Notes: a model not told the origin generated them from the letters alone. Shown: positions 46,985 through 55,643, counted from the first letter of the stretch. The stretch: DNA of 64,000 nt from Planctomycetota bacterium (GCA_019636245.1 JAHBXX010000001.1:73859-137858); one strand, 5' to 3'. Translations and numbers: made by a program.

Positions 46985-48193
46985 ATGCTCCGCTGCACGA
47001 CGATCTGGTTCCTGTCCTGGTTTGGCACGGCCCTCGCGGCGCAGGCGCCCGCGACCACCGCCAGCCGGCCGCTGCCGGCCGCGAACGGCTGGTCGGCCCG
47101 CGAGGTGCATCGCGCCGACGCCGGGGTCTGGTACGCGCGCATCGAGTCCGTCGTCGAGGCGAACGGCCAGCGCGAGATCGTGCTCGGCGACGACAAGGGG
47201 CGCCTCGTGCTGCTGACCGGCTACAGCGGCCAGTGGACCGCGCGCGACGTCGTCTGCGACGGCCAGTGGGTGGCGCCGACGGCGCCGGCCGACGTCGACC
47301 CGCGGGTGCCCGGCCGCGAACTCTACGCCGCCGGCCGCGCCGGCTCCGTGCACCAGGTCACGCTGCGGCGGCAGCCGTTCGGGCAGTTCCGGCTCGAGAG
47401 CCGCGAGATCGGCCATGCGGCGGGCGAGGAATTCCACGCCGTGCTGGCTGCCGACCTGGTGCCCGGCGGGGCCAGCGAACTGCTGGCCTTCGGCGTCAGC
47501 GGCGCCGTGTGGGCGCTCGCCGCCGAGGGCGCCGAGGGGGCGTTCGGAATGCGGCGGGTGGCGACGCTGCCCGGCCGCGTGCGCGACACGATCGTGGTGC
47601 CCGGTGGCGGGGCGGCGTTGCCGCACGTGCTCGCGGTGACGCGCTCGGGCCACCTGCTGCGCCTGCAACTGGCCGGCGACGGCGCGCCGCACCGCGTGCT
47701 GCTGCACGAGGACTGCGGGCTCGGCCGCATCGCCGCGGCGCCCGACCGGCCGGAGGTCGTCTACGTCGCCCGCGACGACGGCGTGCTGCTGCGGCTCGAA
47801 CTCGACGGCGACGGCCTGGCGCGCCGGGAGGTGGTGTTCGTCGGGCCCGAAGGGCTGCGCGGCGTCGCCGCGGGCCGGTTCTTCGCCGACGGCCGCGAGG
47901 CGGTCGCGGTGTACGGCTACGGCCGCACGGTGCATCTGCTGTCGCGGACGGACGGCGGCGCGTTCACGGCCGAGGCGGTGTTCACGGGCGCGCAGCGCGG
48001 CCATTGGCTGGCGGTCGGCGAACTCGACGGTCGCAACGGCACCGACGAACTGGTCGCCGCCGGCTTCGACGGCCAGGTCGTGCTGCTGGCGCGGGTGCCC
48101 GGCCACGGGTTGCCTGGGGTGGCGGTCGCGCCGGACACGGCGGCGACGGGGTCGGTGCCGGCGCGCGCGCGGCGCGCGCATCGGCGTCGCTGA
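46985..48193 (+). CDS. Secreted beta-propeller-like protein (FG-GAP/VCBS-like repeats), unknown function
   Basis: ATG 46985; ATG 46949 is an alternative start. The signal peptide ends ...FGTALAA|QAPA. Repeated ...GD/GE...G...VV/LL... strands ending ELDGRNGTDELVAAGFDGQVVLL. Confidence 0.7.
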   Translation: MLRCTTIWFLSWFGTALAAQAPATTASRPLPAANGWSAREVHRADAGVWYARIESVVEANGQREIVLGDDKGRLVLLTGYSGQWTARDVVCDGQWVAPTAPADVDPRVPGRELYAAGRAGSVHQVTLRRQPFGQFRLESREIGHAAGEEFHAVLAADLVPGGASELLAFGVSGAVWALAAEGAEGAFGMRRVATLPGRVRDTIVVPGGGAALPHVLAVTRSGHLLRLQLAGDGAPHRVLLHEDCGLGRIAAAPDRPEVVYVARDDGVLLRLELDGDGLARREVVFVGPEGLRGVAAGRFFADGREAVAVYGYGRTVHLLSRTDGGAFTAEAVFTGAQRGHWLAVGELDGRNGTDELVAAGFDGQVVLLARVPGHGLPGVAVAPDTAATGSVPARARRAHRRR

Positions 48194-48241
48194 GCGGGCC
48201 ATCCTGTCCGCGTTCGGTGTACAACGCGAGCGAGGTCGACC

Positions 48242-48949
48242 ATGGTACGCCGCCACGTTGCCACCACCGTTGGCGCCGCGCTGCTGCTCGCGGCGGGCGC
48301 CGTTCGCGCGCAGCACTGCGCGCCGCTCTACGACTGCTACCTGAGCCAGTCTTGGGTGCAGAAGCTGCCGGCCGAGCCGGAGTCCGCCGACCGGCTGCGG
48401 ATCCGCGCGCAGTTCGCCAAGGAAGGGGGCGCTGGCGACAAGCCGGCCTACCAGGGCTACCTGGTGGCGTACCTCGATCGGAACGCGGACAGGGTCCCAG
48501 CCGCCGCGCCCGCGGACCTGCTGGACCCGAAGGCCGCGGTGGTGCTGCACACGCAGTTGATGCGGCGCAACGAGAAGGAAGGCGTCCCCGGGCCTTGGAC
48601 CTACGACCTCGAGTTCACGATCCGCGGCGAGGACCTCGTCGACAGGCTGATCGCGCACGCCGGCCTCGGTGCCGAGGACCGCGAGGACCGGGGCCACTGG
48701 CACCACTACGTGGACCGCATCCGCTTCGCGGTGTTCGTGCCGTGGCTCGCCGACGCGAAGTACTCCGTGCTCGGCGGGCTGCCCGACGATCGGCACGAGT
48801 GCAACTACGAGCACGCCCGTGCTCTCCTGTTCCAGGAGCTGCCCTTCCGGGTGCAGTTCTCCGTGAGCCGGTCGACCGACCCGCGGGCCTTCGTGTGGAT
48901 CCGCGTGCGCAGCGAGCGGGCCGGGCCCGACGCCCCGCAGGCGAAGTAG
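48242..48949 (+). CDS. Hypothetical secreted protein
   Basis: The signal peptide ends ...AAGAVRA|QHCA. Normal composition (YLVAYLDRNADRV..., HWHHYVDRIRFAVFVPW...). No recognisable domain. Confidence 0.7.
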   Translation: MVRRHVATTVGAALLLAAGAVRAQHCAPLYDCYLSQSWVQKLPAEPESADRLRIRAQFAKEGGAGDKPAYQGYLVAYLDRNADRVPAAAPADLLDPKAAVVLHTQLMRRNEKEGVPGPWTYDLEFTIRGEDLVDRLIAHAGLGAEDREDRGHWHHYVDRIRFAVFVPWLADAKYSVLGGLPDDRHECNYEHARALLFQELPFRVQFSVSRSTDPRAFVWIRVRSERAGPDAPQAK

Positions 48950-48960
48950 CCCGCGAACCA

Positions 48961-49006
48961 CCGCCGGCAGGGACCCCGCACGGCCGCGGGGCGCGGGGCC
49001 CGGCGG
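48961..49006. terminator. GC-rich imperfect inverted repeat between convergent genes (candidate bidirectional terminator)
   Basis: Outer arms ccgccgg/ccggcgg and an inner hairpin ccccgc-acggcc-gcgggg. No T-tract. Confidence 0.35.
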
Positions 49007-49048
49007 CGGACCGACCGTGCCTGCCCTGCCCAGGCGGACGCCGCCGGT

Positions 49049-50620
49049 TCAGTCCATCAGGTGCGGGAAGTCGTCGAACATCGAGTGCAACTCGCCGCGC
49101 CCGGCGCGGTCGGCGTGGGTCTCCATGTCGAGCACGTCGCGGGTGCGCTGGTAGAGGTCGTCGGCCTCCTGCGCGCTGTCGGCGATGCAGATCACGCCCA
49201 GCTTCCCGAATTGCGACAGCGCGCCGATCATGTGGAACAGCACGCCGGTCTCGGTCTGCGGGCTCCAGTGCAGGCCGTGGCCGATCACGATCTCGAGGAA
49301 GTCCTGCGGCAAGAGGCCGCGGTACGACGGCGACACCAGCGCGTCGGTGGCGAAGTAGTACTTGCGCACCCCGGTGCGCGAGCGGTAGTCGCCGGCGCCG
49401 CCGATGGCGCCGCCGGTGAGGAAGTCGAGCGCCGTGAACGGGAACGTCGTGCCGCCCATGCGCAGGTTGATCTCGATCGCGGCGCAGCGCCAGTCGGCGC
49501 CCGTCCTGCGGTAGACGAGGAAGTCGATCGCGAAGCGGCCGAGCACGCCGCGGGCGCGCAGCACCTCGCCGACGTAGTGGGCGCGCTCCGTGATCAGGCT
49601 CCGGTAGTCCGCGTTGGCCGGGAAGCGGCAGCCGAGGTAGACCTGCCCGGAGTCGCCGCCGAGCGCCTGGTCGTGCGTCGAGATGATCTGCAGCTGGCCG
49701 GTCGGCGTGATGCGCAGCTGCACGCTCGGGGAGTGCACCTCGTCGGCCTCGAGGAACTCCTCGACGATGCCGCCCATCTGCGCGTACTTGGCGAAGAACT
49801 CGCTCCGGGAATGGTCCGGAGCCGAGAACTTCATCCGGTCGAGCGCTCCGCGGATGGCGGCGTGCCGTGCGGGCTCGTCGCCGGGCATCGGACTCGGGTA
49901 GGTGAACAGGGCGTTGCCCTCGCCCGAGAAGCCGTCGTTGATCTTGACCACCGCGCGCCGCAGCTGCGGCTTGTCGCGCTTGAGGCGGTCGAGGGCTGCC
50001 ACCGCGGCGGCCTCGTCCGGCAGGTGCTCGAAGCCGTCGGGCAGCTCGATGCCGGCCTCGCGGAAAGTCTCGCGCGAGCCCGACTTGCTGCCCAGGTGCA
50101 GCAGGGCCGGGTCGGCGCCGTTCAGCGGGATGCCGAGCTGCACCGCGAGCGTGCGTTCGAGCGGCGACGTCGTGAAGCAGCTCATGTAGGCGCGGTCGCG
50201 GTCGCCGATCCACTGCCGGATGCGTTCGATCACGCGCGGCCGCTCGAGGATCTTCTCGGTCAATGCGCGCGGGCTGGCGTCCTGCACGCAGAGCATCGTC
50301 AGGCGGCGCTTGGCGTGCAGCGGCGGGATGCCGACCAGGAGCTGCAGGTAGTAGTCGACGATGTCCTCTTCGACCGGCTGGCTGGTGACGTACATGATGC
50401 GCACGCCCGGTCGCCGCAGCCGCATCAGCATGAACATCAGGCGCTCCTCGTAGAACGGCACGCCCTTGACCTTCTGCAGCTCCTCCTGGTCGAAGCTCAG
50501 GGAGGGCACGATCAGGCAGGAGTGCGGTTGGCGCGGCTGCTCGTGCACCTCCGACCAGATGGCGGGCAGCCTGGCCTGCAGCCGCGCGAAGGCCTCGATT
50601 TCGTCGGTGGCTGGAGTCAC
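49049..50620 (-). CDS. ATP-grasp-type ligase, PGM1-like peptide ligase family (tentative)
   Basis: GTG 50620 is the only start downstream of the shadow part of track ORF 49049..53404. The pattern CLIVPSLSFDQEELQKVKGVPFYEERLMF...VTSQPVEEDIVDYYLQLL...KSGSRETFREAGIELPDG...AVVKINDGFSGEGN... matches pre-ATP-grasp plus ATP-grasp ligases as I recall them. Confidence 0.6.
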   Translation of the reverse strand: MTPATDEIEAFARLQARLPAIWSEVHEQPRQPHSCLIVPSLSFDQEELQKVKGVPFYEERLMFMLMRLRRPGVRIMYVTSQPVEEDIVDYYLQLLVGIPPLHAKRRLTMLCVQDASPRALTEKILERPRVIERIRQWIGDRDRAYMSCFTTSPLERTLAVQLGIPLNGADPALLHLGSKSGSRETFREAGIELPDGFEHLPDEAAAVAALDRLKRDKPQLRRAVVKINDGFSGEGNALFTYPSPMPGDEPARHAAIRGALDRMKFSAPDHSRSEFFAKYAQMGGIVEEFLEADEVHSPSVQLRITPTGQLQIISTHDQALGGDSGQVYLGCRFPANADYRSLITERAHYVGEVLRARGVLGRFAIDFLVYRRTGADWRCAAIEINLRMGGTTFPFTALDFLTGGAIGGAGDYRSRTGVRKYYFATDALVSPSYRGLLPQDFLEIVIGHGLHWSPQTETGVLFHMIGALSQFGKLGVICIADSAQEADDLYQRTRDVLDMETHADRAGRGELHSMFDDFPHLMD

Positions 50621-50922
50621 TGGGCGTGCAGCGTTGCGCGGCGGCGGTAGGGGACAAGGGGCGACCCGGGAATCGCCGGCGTGCGGTGGGCCGATGGCGG
50701 CGTTCGCCCCACCCGCTGTCGGCGGCCGCCACCGGCACCGACGTCCAGCGGCGATGTCCGGGGCGCGGATCCGGCGGTCGGCGGCAGCGCTTTCGCCCTG
50801 TTTCGGCCGGGATGCGCAGTGGGGGGCTCCTCCCTTCGGGGCTGGGTCCGTAGCATCGGTGACTTGGCGTGTTGGGGCGCGTCCCCTCGGCGCGGCTCGA
50901 TCGTCAGCACCCCTTTCTGGAA

Positions 50923-50934
50923 GAGGTTTCCATG
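50923..50934 (+). promoter_or_regulatory. Shine-Dalgarno (GAGG) plus ATG 50932: probable natural translation start of the galactose-oxidase-like gene
   Basis: The sequence is gaGAGGtttccATG, with 5-nt spacing. The ATG is in frame +1 relative to the long downstream ORF because of the repeat length. Confidence 0.6.
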
Positions 50935-50941
50935 CGCACGC

Positions 50942-50985
50942 GGAAGGAAGGAAGGAAGGAAGGAAGGAAGGAAGGAAGGAAGGAA
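50942..50985 (+). repeat. Perfect tetranucleotide microsatellite (GGAA)11
   Basis: Counted directly: 11 uninterrupted GGAA units, followed by an imperfect GGGA. It lies 7 nt after the ATG codon at 50932-50934 and 22 nt before ATG 51008. Confidence 0.97.
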
Positions 50986-51007
50986 GGGAGGCGCGCTCGT
51001 CGCGCTG

Positions 51008-52690
51008 ATGCTGTCCGCCCTCGGTGGGGAATCGATGCCGGCGCAGAGCTGGAGCAACCCGTTCCAACACAATCAGCCGCATGCCGGCACCGGCGGCTTC
51101 ACGAGCCCCTATTCGCCGTGGAGCCTGCTGCCGGGGTCGAACGCTCCGGCGCCGAGCAGCATCTTCACGGCCCCCGCCACGGTGCCGGCGCAGGTGGCAT
51201 GGTCGGGTGGCGGCGTGTTCGTGAAGGGCTGGCCGCAGCCGGAGCCGCTGCACAACGGACGTAGCTTCAACGCCGTGCACATGGCGCTGATTCCGAAGGG
51301 ACCCTACCGCGGCCACGTGCTGGTCTGGAACCACGTCGAGTGCTACGCGCTCGTGAATCCTCCCGGCGTTCCACCGCTCTCCACGCCGCAGCCCGGCGAG
51401 ATCGTGACGCAGGGATACCAAGCCTATGCGATCGTCGATCCGGCCGATGCCCCACTGCACGGCATCCGCTACCGCAACTTCCTGGTGCCGACGGGCGACG
51501 AGCTGCGCCTGCCGGAGTCCTGGCCGGTGATCGCGAAGAACATGTTCTGCGCCGGCCACGCGTGGTCGCCATACGGCGACCTGATCGTGCCGGGTGCGAC
51601 TGAGTTCGAACTGGTGATCCCGCCGCCACCGGCCGCACCCTCCGTCGCCTACGGGGGCGGCAGCCTGGTCTACGTGTTCAATCCTCGCCGCACGTGCCAG
51701 TGGCCGGGCACGCCGACCGAGTACTACCCGTCGACGGTCGCCGCGGGCAGCCCGAGCGCCGACGACTACCGTGGCCTGTGGGCGCGCGCCGCCGACCTCG
51801 CCGTGCCGCGCTGGTACCCGACCGCGACGCTGACGCACCGGCTCCTGCGGCAGGCGATCCATCCGCAGACCGGGCCGATTCCCGGCACGGCGAACCGGGA
51901 GCGCATGGTATTCCTCGGCGGCAGCGTGACGGTGCCGGCGCTGCCCGGCGACCACGCGAACTTCAGCTACGAGGCCTACGTGATCCTCGGCGAGTGCGAC
52001 AACCAGCCCCCGAACCGCAGCAAACTGGTGCCGGACTACGCCAGCGGTCCGGCGCCGTTCGTACCGACGTCCCTGCAGCAGGACCGGATCTGGAACGGGC
52101 CAGGCATCAGCCCGGTGCTCGGCTCGCTGCCGCAGGATTGGCTCTACGAGTACCCGCGCACGTTCCTGCTCTCGTCCGGCGAGCTGTTCTTCAGCGGTTA
52201 CGCGCCGCGTGGGGCATGGCTGGAGCATGATGGCGCGCCGGGGCTGTGGGCGCAGGCCGCGGCCCAGCCTGGGGCACCCGGCACCTACAGCAGCAACTGG
52301 CCGGAGATCCGGCACGATGGCAGCGCCGTGCTCTTCCCCAACCTCGGCGGCAATGCCGACGTCGTGCTGCGCCTGGGGGGCGCGAAGGGCCACGGCGGCG
52401 CGGCCACCGACACGATGGAGTCGATCGCCGCTGGCAGCACTGCCAGCACGTGGACTGCCGCGCCGTCGATGCCATCCGAGGACGTTTCGATCGATGGTGG
52501 CCGGTTGTTCGCCAACACGGTGATCCTGCCGACCGGCGGGCTGTTGATCCTGGGCGGGCTGTGGCAGGACGGCGGCGGCGCCGAGCAACCGCTCTACCAC
52601 CCGCTGCTGTTCGAGGGCGGCCAGTGGCACAAGATGCGGGTGTTCCTCGGCGGGGGGCCGTCCGAGCCGATCTGGGTGGTGCTGCGATGA
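51008..52690 (+). CDS. Galactose oxidase/glyoxal oxidase-like kelch-propeller protein (body of a putatively phase-variable gene; first in-frame ATG shown)
   Basis: Family motifs NMFCAGHAW (Cys of the Tyr-Cys cofactor context), PRWYPTATL, PLYHPLL. The frame stays open upstream through the repeat. The ATG at 51008 sits inside what would be the signal-peptide h-region (ALVALMLSALGGESMPA|QSW). Confidence 0.75.
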   Translation: MLSALGGESMPAQSWSNPFQHNQPHAGTGGFTSPYSPWSLLPGSNAPAPSSIFTAPATVPAQVAWSGGGVFVKGWPQPEPLHNGRSFNAVHMALIPKGPYRGHVLVWNHVECYALVNPPGVPPLSTPQPGEIVTQGYQAYAIVDPADAPLHGIRYRNFLVPTGDELRLPESWPVIAKNMFCAGHAWSPYGDLIVPGATEFELVIPPPPAAPSVAYGGGSLVYVFNPRRTCQWPGTPTEYYPSTVAAGSPSADDYRGLWARAADLAVPRWYPTATLTHRLLRQAIHPQTGPIPGTANRERMVFLGGSVTVPALPGDHANFSYEAYVILGECDNQPPNRSKLVPDYASGPAPFVPTSLQQDRIWNGPGISPVLGSLPQDWLYEYPRTFLLSSGELFFSGYAPRGAWLEHDGAPGLWAQAAAQPGAPGTYSSNWPEIRHDGSAVLFPNLGGNADVVLRLGGAKGHGGAATDTMESIAAGSTASTWTAAPSMPSEDVSIDGGRLFANTVILPTGGLLILGGLWQDGGGAEQPLYHPLLFEGGQWHKMRVFLGGGPSEPIWVVLR

Positions 52691-54294
52691 TCCGCCTGCG
52701 CGCAATCCCGGTCGCTCTCCTGGTCGCGGTGGGAGCGCTGCCGGCGCAGCAGTTGCTCTGGCAGGCGCCCGCAGTAGCCGCGCCACCGCTGCTCGAAACC
52801 AACTGGATGAAGGGCTTCGCCGACTACGACGGCGATGGCTGCCTCGACTTCGTGCGGGCGATCTACGACCCCCTGACACCCTACCTCGACATCGTCTCGG
52901 GCCGCGACGGCTCGCTGCTGCTGCGGCAGTGGCATTGGCTCGGCTTCTTCGGCGACGTGGCGCACGCCGGCGACTTCGACGGCGATGGCGTGCCGGACAT
53001 GATCGCGGTGCGCGGCCAGGGCACGGCGAGCGCGCAGATGCTGGAGGTCTACTCGCCGAGCCGCAACGTGGTGTTCTGGCAGTACACAGGCCAGGGCCTG
53101 TCGTTCGGCAGCGAGGTGCTCGGCAACCTCGACACCGACGGCGACGGCCTGCCCGACGTGGTGACGAAGGTGTTCGAGGCCGCGCTGGCGGAGGTCTACG
53201 TGTTCGACCACTACGGTGCGCTGCGCTACACGATCCCGTGCCTGGCGCAGGGTCGGCGGCCGGCGAGCCTCGCCGACATGGGCGACATGGATGGCGACGG
53301 CTGCGCCGACATCCTGATCGGCTGCCTCGAGCCCACGGGGAGGGGCCTGCAGTGGCTGGTGTCCGGCCGGACCGGCGCGACGATCCGCGAGACCTACGGT
53401 CCATTGCCGGGCGCGCCGCTGGCCCTGAACGTCTGCAACCTCGGCGACATCGACGGCGACGGCGTCAACGACTATGCGGCGTTCCCGTGGTACTCGTCGA
53501 CCGGCCTCCTGGCGGCGGCATACTCGGGGGCCTCGGGCGCGGTGATCCGCACCTGGGCCGATGGTCCGAACTCGGTGGTCGCCGGCGAGGACTTCGACCA
53601 GGACGGCGTGCCCGACCTGGTGACGGGTGCGGACTGGTACCTGTGGGGCAACCTGTATGGCCGCACCCACTGCTGGAGCGGCCGCGACGGCAGCGAGCTG
53701 TGGCGGGTGGAGGCGGTGCTGTATCCCCAGGGCACCGGCTTCCACGGCACCAGCGGCTGGATGATGTACTCGGCCAGCCTCGGCGTGCAGCCGGGCAATC
53801 CGTACCCCGTGGTTGCCTGGCTGAACACGGAGGAGATGGCCAGCAACTACTCGGGTCTGATCCGCGTCTACGGCGGCGCCCGCGCCGGCCAGGGCCCGGT
53901 GACCGGCACCGCCTGCACGAGTGCGGGCCCGCTGCCGCGGATCGGCGTGCGCAAGCTCGGTCAAGGAGCCGCGAACACCGGCTTCCGTACCACGGTGGCG
54001 AAGACGCACGCCGACGCGCTGGCGGCGTTGCACTTCGCGTTCGCGCCGCTGGCGGCGCCGGTCGACCTGTCCCCGTACGGCTTCCCCGGCTGCACCGCCT
54101 ACGTCGATCCGGCCGCCGCCTTCCTGCGCCTCACCGGCACGGCGGGCATCGACCGCGGCTACGCGGCGGTCGACCTGCCGCACCCGCTGTCGGCCGCCGC
54201 CGCCGGCACCGACGTCCAGGCGCAGTGGTTCGTGCTGGAGCCGGTCACCGGCGCCTACGCGGCGACGCAACGGCACACGATCCGGCTGCCGTGA
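52687..54294 (+). CDS. Secreted FG-GAP (integrin-alpha-like) repeat propeller protein with Cys-containing C-terminal module
   Basis: ATGA overlap with the upstream stop. The signal peptide ends ...AVGALPA|QQLL. Repeated DxDGDG loops (DYDGDGCLD, DFDGDGVPD, DTDGDGLPD, DMDGDGCAD, DIDGDGVND, DFDQDGVPD). Confidence 0.88.
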   Translation: MIRLRAIPVALLVAVGALPAQQLLWQAPAVAAPPLLETNWMKGFADYDGDGCLDFVRAIYDPLTPYLDIVSGRDGSLLLRQWHWLGFFGDVAHAGDFDGDGVPDMIAVRGQGTASAQMLEVYSPSRNVVFWQYTGQGLSFGSEVLGNLDTDGDGLPDVVTKVFEAALAEVYVFDHYGALRYTIPCLAQGRRPASLADMGDMDGDGCADILIGCLEPTGRGLQWLVSGRTGATIRETYGPLPGAPLALNVCNLGDIDGDGVNDYAAFPWYSSTGLLAAAYSGASGAVIRTWADGPNSVVAGEDFDQDGVPDLVTGADWYLWGNLYGRTHCWSGRDGSELWRVEAVLYPQGTGFHGTSGWMMYSASLGVQPGNPYPVVAWLNTEEMASNYSGLIRVYGGARAGQGPVTGTACTSAGPLPRIGVRKLGQGAANTGFRTTVAKTHADALAALHFAFAPLAAPVDLSPYGFPGCTAYVDPAAAFLRLTGTAGIDRGYAAVDLPHPLSAAAAGTDVQAQWFVLEPVTGAYAATQRHTIRLP

Positions 54295-54333
54295 GCGACG
54301 CGCGGCCGCGGCGTCCGGCACGCGGCCAGTCGT

Positions 54334-54621
54334 TCAGCGGCGCACGGTGAACGCGCCGCCGGCCGGGGCGTACGCCACTTCCGCCACGTCGACTGAGTCG
54401 ACGCTCGCCAGGGGCGGCCCCTGTCCGAGCCAGCGCACGAACGCGGCCACGCCGTCGGCGGCGCCCTGCGCCTCGCCCGCGACGGCGCCATCGGCCCGGT
54501 TCTGCACGAACCCCGACAGGCCGCACCGTCGCGCCTCGGCGGCGGCGCTGGCCCGGAAGCCGACTCCCTGCACGCGGCCGCGGACCAGGAACGTGATGCG
54601 CCGCATCGGCGGCCCCGCCAT
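54334..54621 (-). CDS. acyP: Acylphosphatase
   Basis: The VRGRVQGVGFR signature. ATG 54621 shares one nt with the upstream stop (TGATG). ATG 54606 is an alternative start. Confidence 0.85.
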   Translation of the reverse strand: MAGPPMRRITFLVRGRVQGVGFRASAAAEARRCGLSGFVQNRADGAVAGEAQGAADGVAAFVRWLGQGPPLASVDSVDVAEVAYAPAGGAFTVRR

Positions 54622-55643
54622 CAGCGGCCGGCGAGCACGTAGACCCGCTCGACCTCGGGCAGCATCGTCAGCACGACGTCGGCCGTGATCTGCAGGCTCG
54701 CGGGCGCCATGTGCTCGATCGTGTCCTGCTCCGTGTGCCAGTAGGGGTTGCCGTTCAGGTCGATCAGGTCGACGGCGGGGATGCCGACGTCGAGGAACGG
54801 CTTGTGGTCGTCGCTGGCCGCTTCGGCGCGCTGGTAGAAGTGCCGCTGGTGGCCGCAGGCGACCGCCGCCGACCAGACGATCTGCCGCAGCCGCTCGGTC
54901 GAGTACAGCTCCTCCTGGATGTGCAGGTCGGCGCGGCCGACCATGTCGAGCAGGATCAGGGCCTCGATGCGCGCCTCCTGGCCGAGCAACAGGGCGTCGC
55001 GGTGGCGCTGCACGAAGCGCTTGCTGCCGAACAGCGCGCGCACGCCCTCGTTCCAGGCCCAGTCGAGGCTCTCCTCGCCGTCGAAGAAGACCAGCTCCAG
55101 CGTCGCCTCACGTTCGGCCCGCTGCAGCACCGGCGCCAGGGCCAGCAGCAGCGCCACCGCGCTGGCGCCGTCGTTGGCGCCGACGAAGTGGAAGTTGTGC
55201 GCCGGGTCGGCGTGGCCCTGCATGCACTTGGTGTCGTGGTGGCAGGCGAGCACGATGCGCTCGGGTCGTCGGCCCGGGATCACCGCGCTCAGGTTGGTGA
55301 ACGTCAGCAGCTCCTTGCGGTCCGTCCAGGTGTCGCGCCGCACCTCGAGACCAAGCGCCCGCAGGTGGCGTTCGATGTAGTCGAGCTGCTGCGACCAGCC
55401 GGGCGTGCCGCTGTGGCGCGGGCCGAAGCCCGTCAGCGCCCGCACGTGCGCGAACGCCTCGTCGCCGAGGTCTGCCGGCGCCCGCACCGGCGGCAGCGGC
55501 GTCGTCGCCCGCTTGTCGATCGTCTGCTGCGCCGCGGGGCGCTCCGGGGCCGGGGTGGCGGCGAAGCCGCCGCCGGCGACGGCCGCGCCGATGCAGGCGA
55601 CGAGGCCGATCGCGCAGCAGCCGAGGGCCGAGGAGGCGCGCAT
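54621..55643 (-). CDS. M28-fold lipoprotein, glutaminyl-peptide cyclotransferase (type II QC)-like, copy 2
   Basis: ATG 55643. Lipobox (GLVAC). Blocks LACHHDTK, FVGANDGASAVA, FFDGEESLDWAW...LFGSKRF, LLDMVG, SDDHKPFLDVGIPAVDLIDL...YWHTEQD. Confidence 0.8.
   Translation of the reverse strand: MRASSALGCCAIGLVACIGAAVAGGGFAATPAPERPAAQQTIDKRATTPLPPVRAPADLGDEAFAHVRALTGFGPRHSGTPGWSQQLDYIERHLRALGLEVRRDTWTDRKELLTFTNLSAVIPGRRPERIVLACHHDTKCMQGHADPAHNFHFVGANDGASAVALLLALAPVLQRAEREATLELVFFDGEESLDWAWNEGVRALFGSKRFVQRHRDALLLGQEARIEALILLDMVGRADLHIQEELYSTERLRQIVWSAAVACGHQRHFYQRAEAASDDHKPFLDVGIPAVDLIDLNGNPYWHTEQDTIEHMAPASLQITADVVLTMLPEVERVYVLAGR

Noticed and set aside
50681-51007. Upstream in-frame extension of the galactose-oxidase-like ORF (ATG 50681, GTG 50819, TTG 50864), considered as an alternative start that would make the repeat irrelevant.
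   Set aside because: The encoded sequence (MRWADGGVRPTRCRRPPPAPTSSGD...) has shadow-like composition and no SD. It would place 60-110 residues in front of the signal-peptide h-region. It is kept as a formal alternative in the refutation criteria.
52652-52657. G6 tract near the 3' end of the galactose-oxidase-like gene, considered as a frameshift that hides the missing C-terminal domain.
   Set aside because: I translated both alternative frames. A +1 G fuses into ...AVRADLGGAAMIRLRAIPVALLVAVGALPAQ, which is the next gene's own signal peptide. A -1 G gives Arg/Cys-rich shadow sequence. Neither frame encodes a DUF1929-like domain.
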